A stretch of DNA of 64,000 nucleotides from Candidatus Omnitrophota bacterium (GCA_026387175.1 JAPLME010000006.1:172078-236077); one strand, 5' to 3'; positions 30,105-40,420 are shown, counted from the first letter of the stretch. Notes: generated from the letters alone by a model not told the origin. Made by a program: numbers and translations.

Positions 30105-31835
30105 TTAACGCAGTATCGCGAAATTGAGCAGCGTCCCGATAACGATACTGGTAAATATCATAATTAAAGTCGATTTGATGAGGTCCTTGAATCCCAATTC
30201 TTTCCATATGACCACGAATGTGGCGATACATGGAAAAGAGACCGCTAATAGCGTCGCGCCGATAAACAATTGTTTTGCGGATAGCCCTAACGGCATAAGC
30301 ATTCCGACCGCGACATCTTTTCTTATAAACCCGATGGCTAGAGCAACAACCGCTTCCTTCGGCAATCCGAACAAGCCATGAATTATGGGCGCGGATATCC
30401 TGGTCACAAAATCAAATAATTTGAAATAGATAAGCACGTTTATGAATAAAACTCCCGCCATCACAACCGGCACCGCTTCGATCAAAAAACCTTTGACGCG
30501 AAAATAAAGTTTCTGCATCAGCGTGAGCAGCGGCGGAAACCTGTAAGGAGGAATCTCCAGCAGAAATTCCGGGCTATAGCCTTTCAATGCATGATTTAAA
30601 ATTATTCCCAGTATCAGGACGAGGGAAAATAGCACCAGATACACCCCGGTTACATAAAGCCCTCCAAACTTGCCTAACAATCCGAATATCATCGCCTGTA
30701 AAGGCACGCACGGCACGCCTATAGAAATTATGGTCGCTGCGATGAACCTTTCGCGTTTAGATTCTAAAGCGCGCGTCGCTAAGATGCCCGGCACGTTGCA
30801 GCCAAAACCCAAAAGCACGGGAATTACCGCGAAGCCATGCAGCCCCAGGCGATGCAAAAGATTATCCAATAATATCGCCAGCCTGGGCAAATACCCTATA
30901 TCCTCAAGAAGGCTCAGGATAAAATAAAATGATATGACATACGGAAGGACCATTCCAAATTCGATATAAGGCGCGGTAGTCAAAACTCCCAGGGACTGCT
31001 TAAAATCGATCTTGCCGTTAATTAGATCGCCGATCAATAGATGAAACCAGAACCCTTCCCCCTTCCAGTGAAGAGTCAGCTTTTCCAGGAAAGGCTGAAA
31101 AATATTGAAAAAGATCGGATCGGTTATCTTGTTAATTATCAACTCACCCACAAAACGCACTACTTTGAATGAAGCGTAAACAATTCCTGCCGCCATTACT
31201 AATCCGGTTAATGGGCGGACAGACGCGTCCTCCAGCACCTCCCTTAAGGTGTGATGCCTGTGTTCAAGGCGCTGAACCTCTTCTACGATCCTGCCGATCT
31301 CCGTCCAGCGCTCCTGGTTAATGAACCCGGCCCTTAAAACGGGCGCGGCATGAGCGACCTTCTCGATCAACGATTTTATTCCGGAGCCCGTTACCGCGCA
31401 CGTCGGGATCACTGGAACCTTCAGCAGCTTCTCCAGCTTTTCCGTGTCGATATGAACGCCTCGATGGCCGGCTTCGTCGCACATATTCAGGCAGACGATC
31501 ACCGGAAACCCTTCCACGATCAATTGCAAGGTCAGTAGTAGATTGCGCTCTAAATTGGTAGAATCCAGGATATTGATCACGACGACATCGCTCTTGGGGT
31601 GCTCTTTCAATAAAGATACCGCCACTTCTTCCGCGCTGGAAGTCGGCTCTAACGAGTAGGTTCCCGGCAAATCCACAACCTCGATCTTATCGTCTCCCAA
31701 ATGCATGTATCCCTTGGATATTTCCACGGTTGTGCCGGGATAATTTGAGGAGATCACGTGGACTCCTGTAAGACGCGAAAAGACCACGCTCTTGCCGACG
31801 TTGGGATTGCCTATTAAATAGATCTTTTTTATCAT
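30105..31835 (-). CDS. feoB: Ferrous iron transporter FeoB (short form)
   Basis: N-terminal G domain (GNPNVGKS, DLPG, NMCD) and gate/TM domains. Confidence 0.9.
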   Translation of the reverse strand: MIKKIYLIGNPNVGKSVVFSRLTGVHVISSNYPGTTVEISKGYMHLGDDKIEVVDLPGTYSLEPTSSAEEVAVSLLKEHPKSDVVVINILDSTNLERNLLLTLQLIVEGFPVIVCLNMCDEAGHRGVHIDTEKLEKLLKVPVIPTCAVTGSGIKSLIEKVAHAAPVLRAGFINQERWTEIGRIVEEVQRLEHRHHTLREVLEDASVRPLTGLVMAAGIVYASFKVVRFVGELIINKITDPIFFNIFQPFLEKLTLHWKGEGFWFHLLIGDLINGKIDFKQSLGVLTTAPYIEFGMVLPYVISFYFILSLLEDIGYLPRLAILLDNLLHRLGLHGFAVIPVLLGFGCNVPGILATRALESKRERFIAATIISIGVPCVPLQAMIFGLLGKFGGLYVTGVYLVLFSLVLILGIILNHALKGYSPEFLLEIPPYRFPPLLTLMQKLYFRVKGFLIEAVPVVMAGVLFINVLIYFKLFDFVTRISAPIIHGLFGLPKEAVVALAIGFIRKDVAVGMLMPLGLSAKQLFIGATLLAVSFPCIATFVVIWKELGFKDLIKSTLIMIFTSIVIGTLLNFAILR

Positions 31836-32065
31836 TCGGCCTCGACTATAACTTTTGCCGCTATACTATGGCCTAAAGCCAATATGCTCCTGCCCGTCTT
31901 TATCACTACCGGGCCCCTTAAACCGATATGGCTAAGCTTAATCACTTCTCTCCCTTTATACACACCCATATTCATCAGCTTATTTTGCAGGTTTCCGCCT
32001 CCGGATATCTCCACCACCTTACCTCTGTGGTCCGCCTTAAGCGACAGCAAAGACATTTTCTTCAT
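31832..32065 (-). CDS. feoA: FeoA
   Basis: 77 aa with an SH3-like FeoA (GxxVxIxxL) fold. It overlaps feoB by 4 nt. Confidence 0.8.
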   Translation of the reverse strand: MKKMSLLSLKADHRGKVVEISGGGNLQNKLMNMGVYKGREVIKLSHIGLRGPVVIKTGRSILALGHSIAAKVIVEAE

Positions 32066-32075
32066 ATTTTCTCTT

Positions 32076-32465
32076 TTATTTTATCAAAGACTTGATCTTG
32101 GCGAGAAGGACCTTGGCGTCGAACGGTTTCAGTATGTAGTCTTCCGCGCCGATCTCTCCCGAACTTAGCTTAAGGTGCTCTTCTTCCGGATAATGCGCGG
32201 TAAATAAAATGACCGGTATGCTACGGATAGCCTCATCGGCCTTCAACTCCCTGCACACGTCGCAGCCGTTCTTTCCGGGCATCACAACGTCCAGAAGGAT
32301 GATATCCGGCATTTCGGATTTCGCGGTTTCGATGACATACTTTCCGCTGTTAAGCGTTATGACCTCATACCCGCTTGCCTCAAGCCTCGTCTTTACCAGC
32401 TTCAGGAGATCCCCTTCGTCATCTACGACCAGAATCTTCTTCGATCCGGGATTAACGTTATTCAT
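32076..32465 (-). CDS. Single-domain response regulator (CheY-like receiver)
   Basis: DD pair (VVDDE), phospho-acceptor D (LLDVVMPG), T/S and K (LKPF) motifs. No output domain. Confidence 0.85.
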   Translation of the reverse strand: MNNVNPGSKKILVVDDEGDLLKLVKTRLEASGYEVITLNSGKYVIETAKSEMPDIILLDVVMPGKNGCDVCRELKADEAIRSIPVILFTAHYPEEEHLKLSSGEIGAEDYILKPFDAKVLLAKIKSLIK

Positions 32466-32534
32466 TTTACATCCTCCCGTTTTATGTTCTATTATATTAT
32501 ATCCGCTTGTTTCCGTTTTAACAATTGAAACCCT

Positions 32535-33941
32535 TCAGGCTCGCTTGGCCCTCACATATTGATCGGCCGACCGCTTCCTGCGAAAGAAATCCCATGTTCC
32601 GAGAAGCTTCGATATGCTGATGATCCACCTGTACCAGAAGAACTCTACAAATGACAGCGCCACGAGGTACATAATATACCTTATCTTAAAGAGCCTCTGG
32701 CTCTCCACGAAAGCCAATATGCATAAGAGCGACATGAATGCCTGAGAGAGAAGCATAAGTGAAAAGTACGCGAGGAAGACATTGAATTGCAGCACACCCG
32801 CCAGGGCTCCGAATGCCACGAATGCGAAGCTCAATATTTCGATAAATACGCCGAGGACCTCATAGAGCACAAAATAAGGCAGTGTAATAAACGCGAAGAG
32901 GCCGTATTTAGGATTACATACCATATGCCTGTATTTCCAGATCGTCTCGTTGGTCACCCTTTGCCAACGGTTACGCTGTATAATAAGCGAGCGTATATTG
33001 CTGGGCCCTTCGGTCCAGCCCGAGATATACGGCAGCATGACTATCTTATATCCCTTTTCCTTATTTTTTACCGCATATTCGTGAGCACGGAACGTAAACT
33101 CTATGTCTTCGCATGTAAATTCCGCGGAATACCCGCCCAGCTCATATACTATATCCTTGCGCCACACGCCGAAGCCTCCGGACACTATCGGCATCGCGTT
33201 ATATTTACTCCATGCCAGGCGGTTACCTATAAATGAGCGGATATACTCTATGTTCTGATAGGTTATTATCGGGTTATAAGAGAAACTGCGATCCATGATC
33301 ATGCCGTCTTTTATCTTAAAACCGTTCACCAGGCCGAAATAACTTCCAATGCCTATGATCTTGCCCGGCTCCTTATCGACCTGCGCCATCACCTTAAGAA
33401 GCGCGTTCCGCTCGAGTATCGTATCGGCGTCGACGACGCACACATAGTCATATTTTGCCATATTCAGCCCGGCGTTCGCGGCGCCCGCTTTCTTATTGCC
33501 GGGATCCTTGTCTATAACGGTAATGTTCGGATACATTTCACTCTTTAATATTCTACGAACATTCCCGTCTTTGTAGTGCCTTATATACATGGTGTCGATA
33601 GGGCTAAGCTTAAGTAATTCATTAAGTCTCTCCAGAGTCCTGTCCGTCGAACCATCATTCACGACTATTATCTCGAGTTCGGGATAGTTCAGGCTTATGA
33701 GTGATTTTAATGAATCGATTATCCACTCTTCCTCGTTACGGGCAGGCACGATGATAGATACCGGCAATCTCAGGGTGGACAGGTAAAACAGCGGATAATC
33801 TTCGCCTTCGCCCTGGGATTCCCTCCTCATCCCTTCCAGGGATCCTATCAGAGTGAGAAAGAGATAATAAACTGTGAGGAGCAGGAAGTAGCTAAGCGAG
33901 GCTATGAAAACAATATATATAATTTTTGGACCAAGCGTCAT
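32535..33941 (-). CDS. Processive family-2 glycosyltransferase (PgaC/IcaA/NodC/BcsA-like polysaccharide synthase) with N- and C-terminal TM segments
   Basis: VVNDGSTD, KAGAANAGL, VVDADT, CED and QRNRWQR (QxxRW) motifs, plus four or more C-terminal TM helices. Confidence 0.8.
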   Translation of the reverse strand: MTLGPKIIYIVFIASLSYFLLLTVYYLFLTLIGSLEGMRRESQGEGEDYPLFYLSTLRLPVSIIVPARNEEEWIIDSLKSLISLNYPELEIIVVNDGSTDRTLERLNELLKLSPIDTMYIRHYKDGNVRRILKSEMYPNITVIDKDPGNKKAGAANAGLNMAKYDYVCVVDADTILERNALLKVMAQVDKEPGKIIGIGSYFGLVNGFKIKDGMIMDRSFSYNPIITYQNIEYIRSFIGNRLAWSKYNAMPIVSGGFGVWRKDIVYELGGYSAEFTCEDIEFTFRAHEYAVKNKEKGYKIVMLPYISGWTEGPSNIRSLIIQRNRWQRVTNETIWKYRHMVCNPKYGLFAFITLPYFVLYEVLGVFIEILSFAFVAFGALAGVLQFNVFLAYFSLMLLSQAFMSLLCILAFVESQRLFKIRYIMYLVALSFVEFFWYRWIISISKLLGTWDFFRRKRSADQYVRAKRA

Positions 33942-33944
33942 ATG

Positions 33945-35069
33945 CTATAGTCCGTTGTCTATTTTTGCCAAAATTTTCGCCACCTTTGCCCTTACAGACG
34001 GATCGGCATTTTTAGACGCGCTTTCAAGAGCCATGATAGAATATTTTTTTGGTATGTATTCCCCGCCGGCTATGAATTTCTCTATATCAGGAAGAGAGGC
34101 TTTTATATGTTCCGCCATTACATCCTTTACCGCGTCGAGGACCGACCATGACGCGTCGTTTATCAGCTTTATCACTTCCGGCACGGCATCGTCACCGATG
34201 GCTTTCGCCAAACCGAATATAGCGTGTCGTTTTACGAGCCAGCTGTCGTCTTTCAGCCGCTTTCTGAGCGCGACCTTCACGCCCTCTCCTCCTATCCTGC
34301 CCAGGCAATCACAGGCGCCGGCGCGCACCTCGGCAACCTCATCCCCGGTAAGCTTTTCCAGTTTTGCAATATGCTGGCGGGAAGCGAGTTTCGAAAGAAT
34401 AGTGACCCCGCATATCCGGATCCTCGGATCTTTATCATCGGTTAATTTAACAGCCTCATCCGCTATCTCTTTTGGAAAATTGCCGAGTATCGAGGCTATC
34501 TTGTAACCATTGGAAGGCTTCTTCCGCAAAAATCCCAAAAGGGCTTTCGCAGACCTCATCGTCTTTATCTGCGCCAAAGAGATCATAGCGAAATACGCTA
34601 TATCCTCATCACGACTTGAGAGCGACTCACTAAGAACGTCTATTGCCGTTTCTGCCTCCGAATAACCGAGACACAGCATGGCCTCTATCCTGTGCCATTT
34701 ATCATTTGACCTTTCGACGATCTTATTTAATTCGGCGATCTTTTCGGGTTCCCGGAAACAGCCTTTTAACAGCTGCTGTTCGGAGTCATTGAAGAATGCC
34801 GCATCGATGCTCCTATTCGTCTCTATATCTATAAATTGCTGCGGAGTGATGCCGGTAAAAAGCGGGTGACGTACACCCTCGGTAAAGGATTTCCCGGATA
34901 GGACCATTTCGTAGATATCATTCTTTATCTTTAACAACCCCTGGCGGCGTTTTTCCCAGATATAATTTTTAATGACCGCGCAAAAAAATATAACGGCGCT
35001 CGTTAATATGAGAGCGCCGAATAATACCTTATTGATCACCCAGACTATATCGGCATGGTAGTTAAACAT
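33945..35069 (-). CDS. Membrane-anchored HEAT / PBS-lyase repeat protein
   Basis: An N-terminal TM helix, then about 7 HEAT-like repeats (PRIRICGVTIL..., AEVRAGACDCLGRIG, WLVKRHAIFGLA...). Confidence 0.7.
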   Translation of the reverse strand: MFNYHADIVWVINKVLFGALILTSAVIFFCAVIKNYIWEKRRQGLLKIKNDIYEMVLSGKSFTEGVRHPLFTGITPQQFIDIETNRSIDAAFFNDSEQQLLKGCFREPEKIAELNKIVERSNDKWHRIEAMLCLGYSEAETAIDVLSESLSSRDEDIAYFAMISLAQIKTMRSAKALLGFLRKKPSNGYKIASILGNFPKEIADEAVKLTDDKDPRIRICGVTILSKLASRQHIAKLEKLTGDEVAEVRAGACDCLGRIGGEGVKVALRKRLKDDSWLVKRHAIFGLAKAIGDDAVPEVIKLINDASWSVLDAVKDVMAEHIKASLPDIEKFIAGGEYIPKKYSIMALESASKNADPSVRAKVAKILAKIDNGL

Positions 35070-35939
35070 TTAGAATTTGGCCGATGCGGCGAAATTCACG
35101 CTCCGCTTTATGAACTTGGGTTCTTCGGTACCGTAAGAGTAGCCGAATCTTAAATTTATCCCTTTGTATAACTTTATATTTACGCCGGTAAATAATATAT
35201 AACCGAATTCATCGCCGGCATCGAGACCATTTATATCGTAGAGCCTCCCGCCTACAGCCGCTCCGCAGTTCCAGCGCAAAAATTCCGTAATGGCGAAATC
35301 TCCCTTGAATACCCCGATATTAGCCGTATCATGGGCCTCCATATAGCTGGCGCCGTAATTTGCGCTGATGTAGCTGTCTCCGAAATAGTATATAAGGCCG
35401 GGAACCACCAGGTGGGTATCGTCGCCCCTGTAAGCGCGGTAGGTATAACTTATCTGGGCGAACAGGTCCTTATAAATCTTATGGCCGTATTCCGCGATGG
35501 TCTGCCATTGGTATATAAAGTGGCAATCCCATCCATAACCCATCTCAATATGCACGTATTGGTCCGTGAAATTCAGATATGCCCCTACATTCGCTGTCTG
35601 GTCTTTTACGTCAAATCGTTCCAGCTCCGAGAACGACGCGTACCCTGTGATATTTTTATGCGTGTATCCGAAGGTCTGAATGAGCTCGTTCCAGTGGCCG
35701 GTTCTCGTCCCCTGAAGTATATCGCTTGGTTCATAGAAAGCGTCCAGGTACCAACGGTCCTTTTCCGCCGCTTTTTCTTCCATCACGACAAGCGGAGGAG
35801 TGATCTTTTGCACCAATCTATCGATAGATGCCTGTTCAGCGGCACAGGAAAAGACAGGCGTTATTATCAAAAATACCGCCAATGCTATCTTCTTCCTGGA
35901 AAAAATTATTTTAGCGGTGTTTCCCTTTGAATTTTTCAT
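35070..35939 (-). CDS. Outer-membrane beta-barrel protein (YaiO-like), C-terminal Phe
   Basis: Signal peptide, alternating aromatic/Gly-rich strands and a terminal ...ASAKF. It is adjacent to the HEAT protein with no gap. Confidence 0.6.
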   Translation of the reverse strand: MKNSKGNTAKIIFSRKKIALAVFLIITPVFSCAAEQASIDRLVQKITPPLVVMEEKAAEKDRWYLDAFYEPSDILQGTRTGHWNELIQTFGYTHKNITGYASFSELERFDVKDQTANVGAYLNFTDQYVHIEMGYGWDCHFIYQWQTIAEYGHKIYKDLFAQISYTYRAYRGDDTHLVVPGLIYYFGDSYISANYGASYMEAHDTANIGVFKGDFAITEFLRWNCGAAVGGRLYDINGLDAGDEFGYILFTGVNIKLYKGINLRFGYSYGTEEPKFIKRSVNFAASAKF

Positions 35940-36303
35940 ATATTTCTATAGCTGCGGTTATATTCTTTACTTCTCTGCCAAGGTCCTGGGTTTTGACGAT
36001 AAACCCCGAGGCATTGAGCTTACTTGCAGTCTTCACTTTTTCTTCATTAGAAAAAGCCGTGATAATGAATACCGGCAGTTTCGCGTCCTTTGAGCGCACC
36101 TCTTTCAGGACGCTGAGGCCGTCGATCTCCGGCATCATTATATCCAATAGGATGGCATCGGGCTTATCCTTTTCCACCCGCTCGATAGCAGCCTTTCCGT
36201 TATTGGCGGTTATCACCTCGTAACCGTTCGCTTCGAGCCTCATCTGCATCAGCTCGACGAACTCGGCCTCATCATCAACTATCAATATCACTCTCTTTGC
36301 CAT
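35911..36303 (-). CDS. Single-domain response regulator (CheY-like), paralog of the gene at 36919
   Basis: Receiver motifs plus a shared C-terminal LNASGFIVKT motif. Confidence 0.85.
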   Translation of the reverse strand: MAKRVILIVDDEAEFVELMQMRLEANGYEVITANNGKAAIERVEKDKPDAILLDIMMPEIDGLSVLKEVRSKDAKLPVFIITAFSNEEKVKTASKLNASGFIVKTQDLGREVKNITAAIEIYEKFKGKHR

Positions 36304-36322
36304 AATTATAACCTCGCATTTT

Positions 36323-36886
36323 TTATCTGGCTAAAACCCTGTAAATACCGTTAAGCCCGAATAGGATAAATATGGAAGCCGATATCCATTTAACGGACTT
36401 TTCCGGTATATGCTTACGCATCACTATACCGACGATGATCCCTATGGCATCCGCTACGACCATACCGAGAGTAGTCCCCATAAGGACGTTAAACATATTC
36501 CGGTATTCCACAGCCAGGCTTATGGTGGCAAGCTGTGTCTTGTCTCCCATCTCGGCGAGGAAGAACGCGATACCCACTGTCGCCACCGGGCCGAACCGGG
36601 ACTCCTTCTTATTCTTAAGATTGAGTTTATCGCCGTGAAGGGTCCATATCCCGAAAGCTATAAAAGAGAGCGCCGCTATAAAAGAGATAATATCCATCGG
36701 CACTATAGTGGTCAGGAAATGGCCCGTCGCAACCGCAAGCGCATGGTTAAGGATAGTGGCAAGGAAAACCGCTATAAGCACTTTATAAGCGCTGTATCTG
36801 GCCGCGAACGCCATCGCCAAAAGCTGGGTCTTATCCCCCATCTCCGCCAGGACCACAAATATGAACGACGCGATAAACGCCTGCAT
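36323..36886 (-). CDS. UPF0016 / Gdt1 / TMEM165-family cation (Ca2+/Mn2+) transporter
   Basis: Two E-x-G-D-K-T-Q motifs (EMGDKTQ, twice). Confidence 0.8.
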   Translation of the reverse strand: MQAFIASFIFVVLAEMGDKTQLLAMAFAARYSAYKVLIAVFLATILNHALAVATGHFLTTIVPMDIISFIAALSFIAFGIWTLHGDKLNLKNKKESRFGPVATVGIAFFLAEMGDKTQLATISLAVEYRNMFNVLMGTTLGMVVADAIGIIVGIVMRKHIPEKSVKWISASIFILFGLNGIYRVLAR

Positions 36887-36918
36887 TCAGCTCCATTAAA
36901 CTTATGCCGCGTTAAAAC

Positions 36919-37305
36919 CTATCCCTTGAACTTATCCGCAAGCCTTATAGCGCTGGTTATGTTATCGATCTCTTTCTGGAGGTCTTCCGTCTTAGCGATG
37001 AAACCCGAAGCGTTAAGCTTGTTGGCAAGGGCAAAGCGTTTGGCGCTGGAGAATGCCGTAATCATGAATACCGGCAGGTTCTTATCTTTTTTCCTGATAT
37101 CCTTTAGTATATCGAGGCCGTTTATATCGGGCAGCATTATATCTAAAAGGACTGCGTCGATCTTATAGTGTTTGAGCTTCTCCATAGCCTCTTCTCCATT
37201 TACCGCAGTGACGACCTCGTAATTATTCGCTTCCAGCCTGACCCTTATCATCTTTAAAAATTCAAGCTCATCATCCACTACCAGTATGGCCTTCTTCTTA
37301 TCCAT
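36919..37305 (-). CDS. Single-domain response regulator (CheY-like). The start is trimmed to MDKKKAILVVDD.
   Basis: Receiver motifs, and about 60% identity to the receiver at 35911. Confidence 0.8.
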   Translation of the reverse strand: MDKKKAILVVDDELEFLKMIRVRLEANNYEVVTAVNGEEAMEKLKHYKIDAVLLDIMLPDINGLDILKDIRKKDKNLPVFMITAFSSAKRFALANKLNASGFIAKTEDLQKEIDNITSAIRLADKFKG

Positions 37306-38467
37306 GGCAGCCCCTTTCTTGCTTAGCCTTAACATATTTTGGCAACGCAAAGATAACTTCCGTCCCTTTGCCCAGCCTGCTCTCGACCCGTATATTACCG
37401 CCCTGCATATCTACAAATTTTTTCGCTATCAATAGCCCCAGCCCGGTGCCTTTTTCCCTGGTAACGATATTGCCATGCCCAAACTGCTGGAACTTCCCAA
37501 AGATCTTAGGCAGGTTCTCGTCGGCTATGCCGATGCCGCTGTCTGAAACCGAACATTCGAAGCCCTCCTTAAGCTCTTTGGCCGATACTTTTATGAAACC
37601 GTTATTGGTAAATTTGATCGCGTTATCTATAAGGTTGGTCATGACCTGTGTCATCATATCTTTGTCCGCATATATCTTTATTTCGCTTTCCGGCAGGTCC
37701 ATCTTCGCCTCAAGGCCCTTTTCTCTCATCCTGGGCCCAAACGACAATAAAACATTTTTCATCAGGGCCGCGATATCCATCACCTCTTTTTTTATCGCCG
37801 TCTTATCGGATTCTATTTTAGAGAGATCCAGGAGATTATTTAATATCCTCTTAAGCCTTTCTATGCTATCCTTGGCGCTTATCAAAATCTTGGCCTGTTG
37901 ATCGTTTATTTTGCCGGGGATCTCATCCAGGATAATATTTATACCTTCCCTGATGATGGAAAGCGGCGTGCGCAGTTCGTGCGATACCATATCGATGAAG
38001 TCATCCTTAAGCTCGTTGAACTTCTTATACTTGCTTATATCGCGGTAAACGCTCAGAAACATCTCCCGGCCCATATGATGTATCAGCGACGTAGAGATAA
38101 GAAGCGTCTTTACCGTCCCGTCTTTTGCGGTTATGGTCGATTCGGCCTCATATATTCTGCCCTTTTTTGCAACCTCGCCCAGCCTCTCGAAAGCCTTACG
38201 TCTCTCGTCGGCACCCGGATGAAGCAGGCTCAAGAAATCTTTTTGGGCATTGGCCTCCTCCATCTTATACCCTGTGATCTCCTCTATCTTTGAATTGAAT
38301 ATAACAAAATGGCCTTTCGAGTCGCTTAAAGTTATACCTTCATCGATACGTTCGATCACCGTAGAGAGTTCTATTACAGCTTCTTCCAGCCTCTCCTTTA
38401 TATAAGATTTTCTTCCTAGTCGCTCTTCTCCGGCATGATGCTGCCGAGGCTTTCTGGTGTCCGGCAT
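37298..38467 (-). CDS. Soluble PAS sensor histidine kinase
   Basis: PAS domain, HisKA (HELRTPLSII) and HATPase_c (N, G1 DSGIGI, G2 GTGLGL). No TM segment. Confidence 0.85.
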   Translation of the reverse strand: MPDTRKPRQHHAGEERLGRKSYIKERLEEAVIELSTVIERIDEGITLSDSKGHFVIFNSKIEEITGYKMEEANAQKDFLSLLHPGADERRKAFERLGEVAKKGRIYEAESTITAKDGTVKTLLISTSLIHHMGREMFLSVYRDISKYKKFNELKDDFIDMVSHELRTPLSIIREGINIILDEIPGKINDQQAKILISAKDSIERLKRILNNLLDLSKIESDKTAIKKEVMDIAALMKNVLLSFGPRMREKGLEAKMDLPESEIKIYADKDMMTQVMTNLIDNAIKFTNNGFIKVSAKELKEGFECSVSDSGIGIADENLPKIFGKFQQFGHGNIVTREKGTGLGLLIAKKFVDMQGGNIRVESRLGKGTEVIFALPKYVKAKQERGCHG

Positions 38468-38478
38468 TTTTATTACCC

Positions 38479-38862
38479 TTAAGCCTCTTCCTCTTTTAAA
38501 ACGCTCTCTATCTCCGCTATTATATCGAGCGGGTTAGCCGGCTTCTTTATGCATCTCCTGATGCCGCAGAATTTCATGAGCCATACATGTTCTTTCATCG
38601 TATAGTACCCTGTTATCGCTATTACGGGTATCTTGCTCGTCTGAGTAAGGGCCTTAAGGCGGTCGGCGACTTCAAATCCGCTCATAACCGGCATGCGCAA
38701 GTCCATTAATACCAGATTCGGCGATGTGACCTGAGCCGCCTTAATCGCGGCAGAGCCATCGCTTATAGCGGTTACATCATACCCCGCGGTAGTCAACATC
38801 TCGTTTAACTCTTCCAGGTATTCTTTATCATCATCCACGATCAATATTTTCTTCTTAGTCAT
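38479..38862 (-). CDS. Single-domain response regulator (CheY-like)
   Basis: Receiver motifs (IVDDD, LMDLRMP, IAITG, KKP). Confidence 0.85.
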   Translation of the reverse strand: MTKKKILIVDDDKEYLEELNEMLTTAGYDVTAISDGSAAIKAAQVTSPNLVLMDLRMPVMSGFEVADRLKALTQTSKIPVIAITGYYTMKEHVWLMKFCGIRRCIKKPANPLDIIAEIESVLKEEEA

Positions 38863-40420
38863 TTTGTCGCATTCCTCCTTTTTTTTGCTTTTTTTCTACA
38901 ATAGAATGATTTTTTATAAACGGAAGGTAAAGAGTGGCTATTGTCCCTTTGCCCGGCGAGCTTGAGAGATCCATTTTACCGTTATGAAGATTTATTATCT
39001 GTTTACAGACAGGCAGGCCCAAGCCTGTACCGTTGGCTTTCGTGCTATGAAAAGGCTCATAAATATGGCCAAGCACCTCGGGCCTTATCCCGGGGCCGTC
39101 ATCTTTAAATACGATCTTAAGCTGACCGCTTCTATGCGCCGATGCAGATACCGCTATGCCACCCGTCTTATTTTTAAATGACTCGTATGAGTTATTCAAT
39201 ATATTATTGAATACCTCCTGCATCTGTACGGGATCCGCTTTTAGCATCAGATCATGCGGACATTTGAATATTTTGCGTATGGTGACATCATAACCGGGAA
39301 ATATCGACTGCGCGAAATCAATGCATTCATTCAACAGGTCGCACACTTTTACGTTCTCATGTATCGGTGATTTTATGCTCGAATAAATGAGCAAATTCTT
39401 TATTATCTGGTCTGATTCCAGCACCTTTATCTCTATATTGCGGATATTGCTGTTAAGCTGAGGATCCCTGCTCTTCATCCTGATATTATAGGCCGCTATG
39501 CCTATAGCCGCCAGCGGGCTTCGAAGCTCGTGCGCGATAGTGGCGGCGATAGTACCTATATCGGCCAGTCTGCTGGCCCTGTCGAGCCTCTGCTGGGCGA
39601 CTAAAAGTTTTTGACTGCTCATCCTGACCAGGTTCTCAAGCTCCTCCTTATCCCTCTCCAGCACTTCCTCTGCCCGTCTATGGCTGGTCATGTCACGGGA
39701 TATACCCATTACATGCAAAACTTTGCCTTTATTATCGGTCATAGGGCTGAAGCGGGTATCCAGCCAGAACTTACTGCCGTGAAATTCGAATTCGCCAAAA
39801 GCGAAGACCGACTTACCGGTTCTGAAAACTTTTCCTATATCCCTCGTCAGGCGTGACGCTGTTTTGGGCGGAAATAGGCCGGGAAGGTGTTTGCCTATCA
39901 TCTCGCGCGGCTTCTTATTGAAATATGCCGCGCCGAAGGTATTTATATAAGTGATGATTTCCGCTTTATCTACCACGTATATGGGGTCTTCGGCCATCTC
40001 GGTAAGAGCCCTGTAACGCTCTTCGCTTCTGCGCAGCGCCTCATCGATGCGCTTACGCTCCGAAATATCTATGTTGACTTCGGCGACGAGCCATTCACCT
40101 TTCTCATTCTTGAACGGTACCGTCACAACCTCTATCGGCCTGTTACCCTCTTTGACGAGCGCCTCTTCGGTCACAATCTTCTTCTTTGTCTTGAACGCCT
40201 CTCTGACGCCGCACAGCGGACATCTCTTTTTTCGGCCCATGAAGTAAGAGTAACATTTTTTGCCGGTGGGGTCTCCCAACGTCTTCTGCCAGTAGGGGTC
40301 GATATATACTATATTGAGCTTCGAATCGATCACATCGAGGCCTATCCTCGCGGCCCCAAGGACAAGCTCGATCTGCTTCAGCAGGTTTAAGCTATCGATC
40401 TTCAATATATTATTCTTCAT
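38855..40420 (-). CDS. Soluble dual-PAS sensor histidine kinase with an N-terminal Cys-x-x-Cys-containing PAS
   Basis: Two PAS domains, HisKA (HELRSPLAAI) and HATPase_c (DDGPGI, GTGLGL). The first PAS contains CPLCGV. Confidence 0.85.
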   Translation of the reverse strand: MKNNILKIDSLNLLKQIELVLGAARIGLDVIDSKLNIVYIDPYWQKTLGDPTGKKCYSYFMGRKKRCPLCGVREAFKTKKKIVTEEALVKEGNRPIEVVTVPFKNEKGEWLVAEVNIDISERKRIDEALRRSEERYRALTEMAEDPIYVVDKAEIITYINTFGAAYFNKKPREMIGKHLPGLFPPKTASRLTRDIGKVFRTGKSVFAFGEFEFHGSKFWLDTRFSPMTDNKGKVLHVMGISRDMTSHRRAEEVLERDKEELENLVRMSSQKLLVAQQRLDRASRLADIGTIAATIAHELRSPLAAIGIAAYNIRMKSRDPQLNSNIRNIEIKVLESDQIIKNLLIYSSIKSPIHENVKVCDLLNECIDFAQSIFPGYDVTIRKIFKCPHDLMLKADPVQMQEVFNNILNNSYESFKNKTGGIAVSASAHRSGQLKIVFKDDGPGIRPEVLGHIYEPFHSTKANGTGLGLPVCKQIINLHNGKMDLSSSPGKGTIATLYLPFIKNHSIVEKKQKKGGMRQND

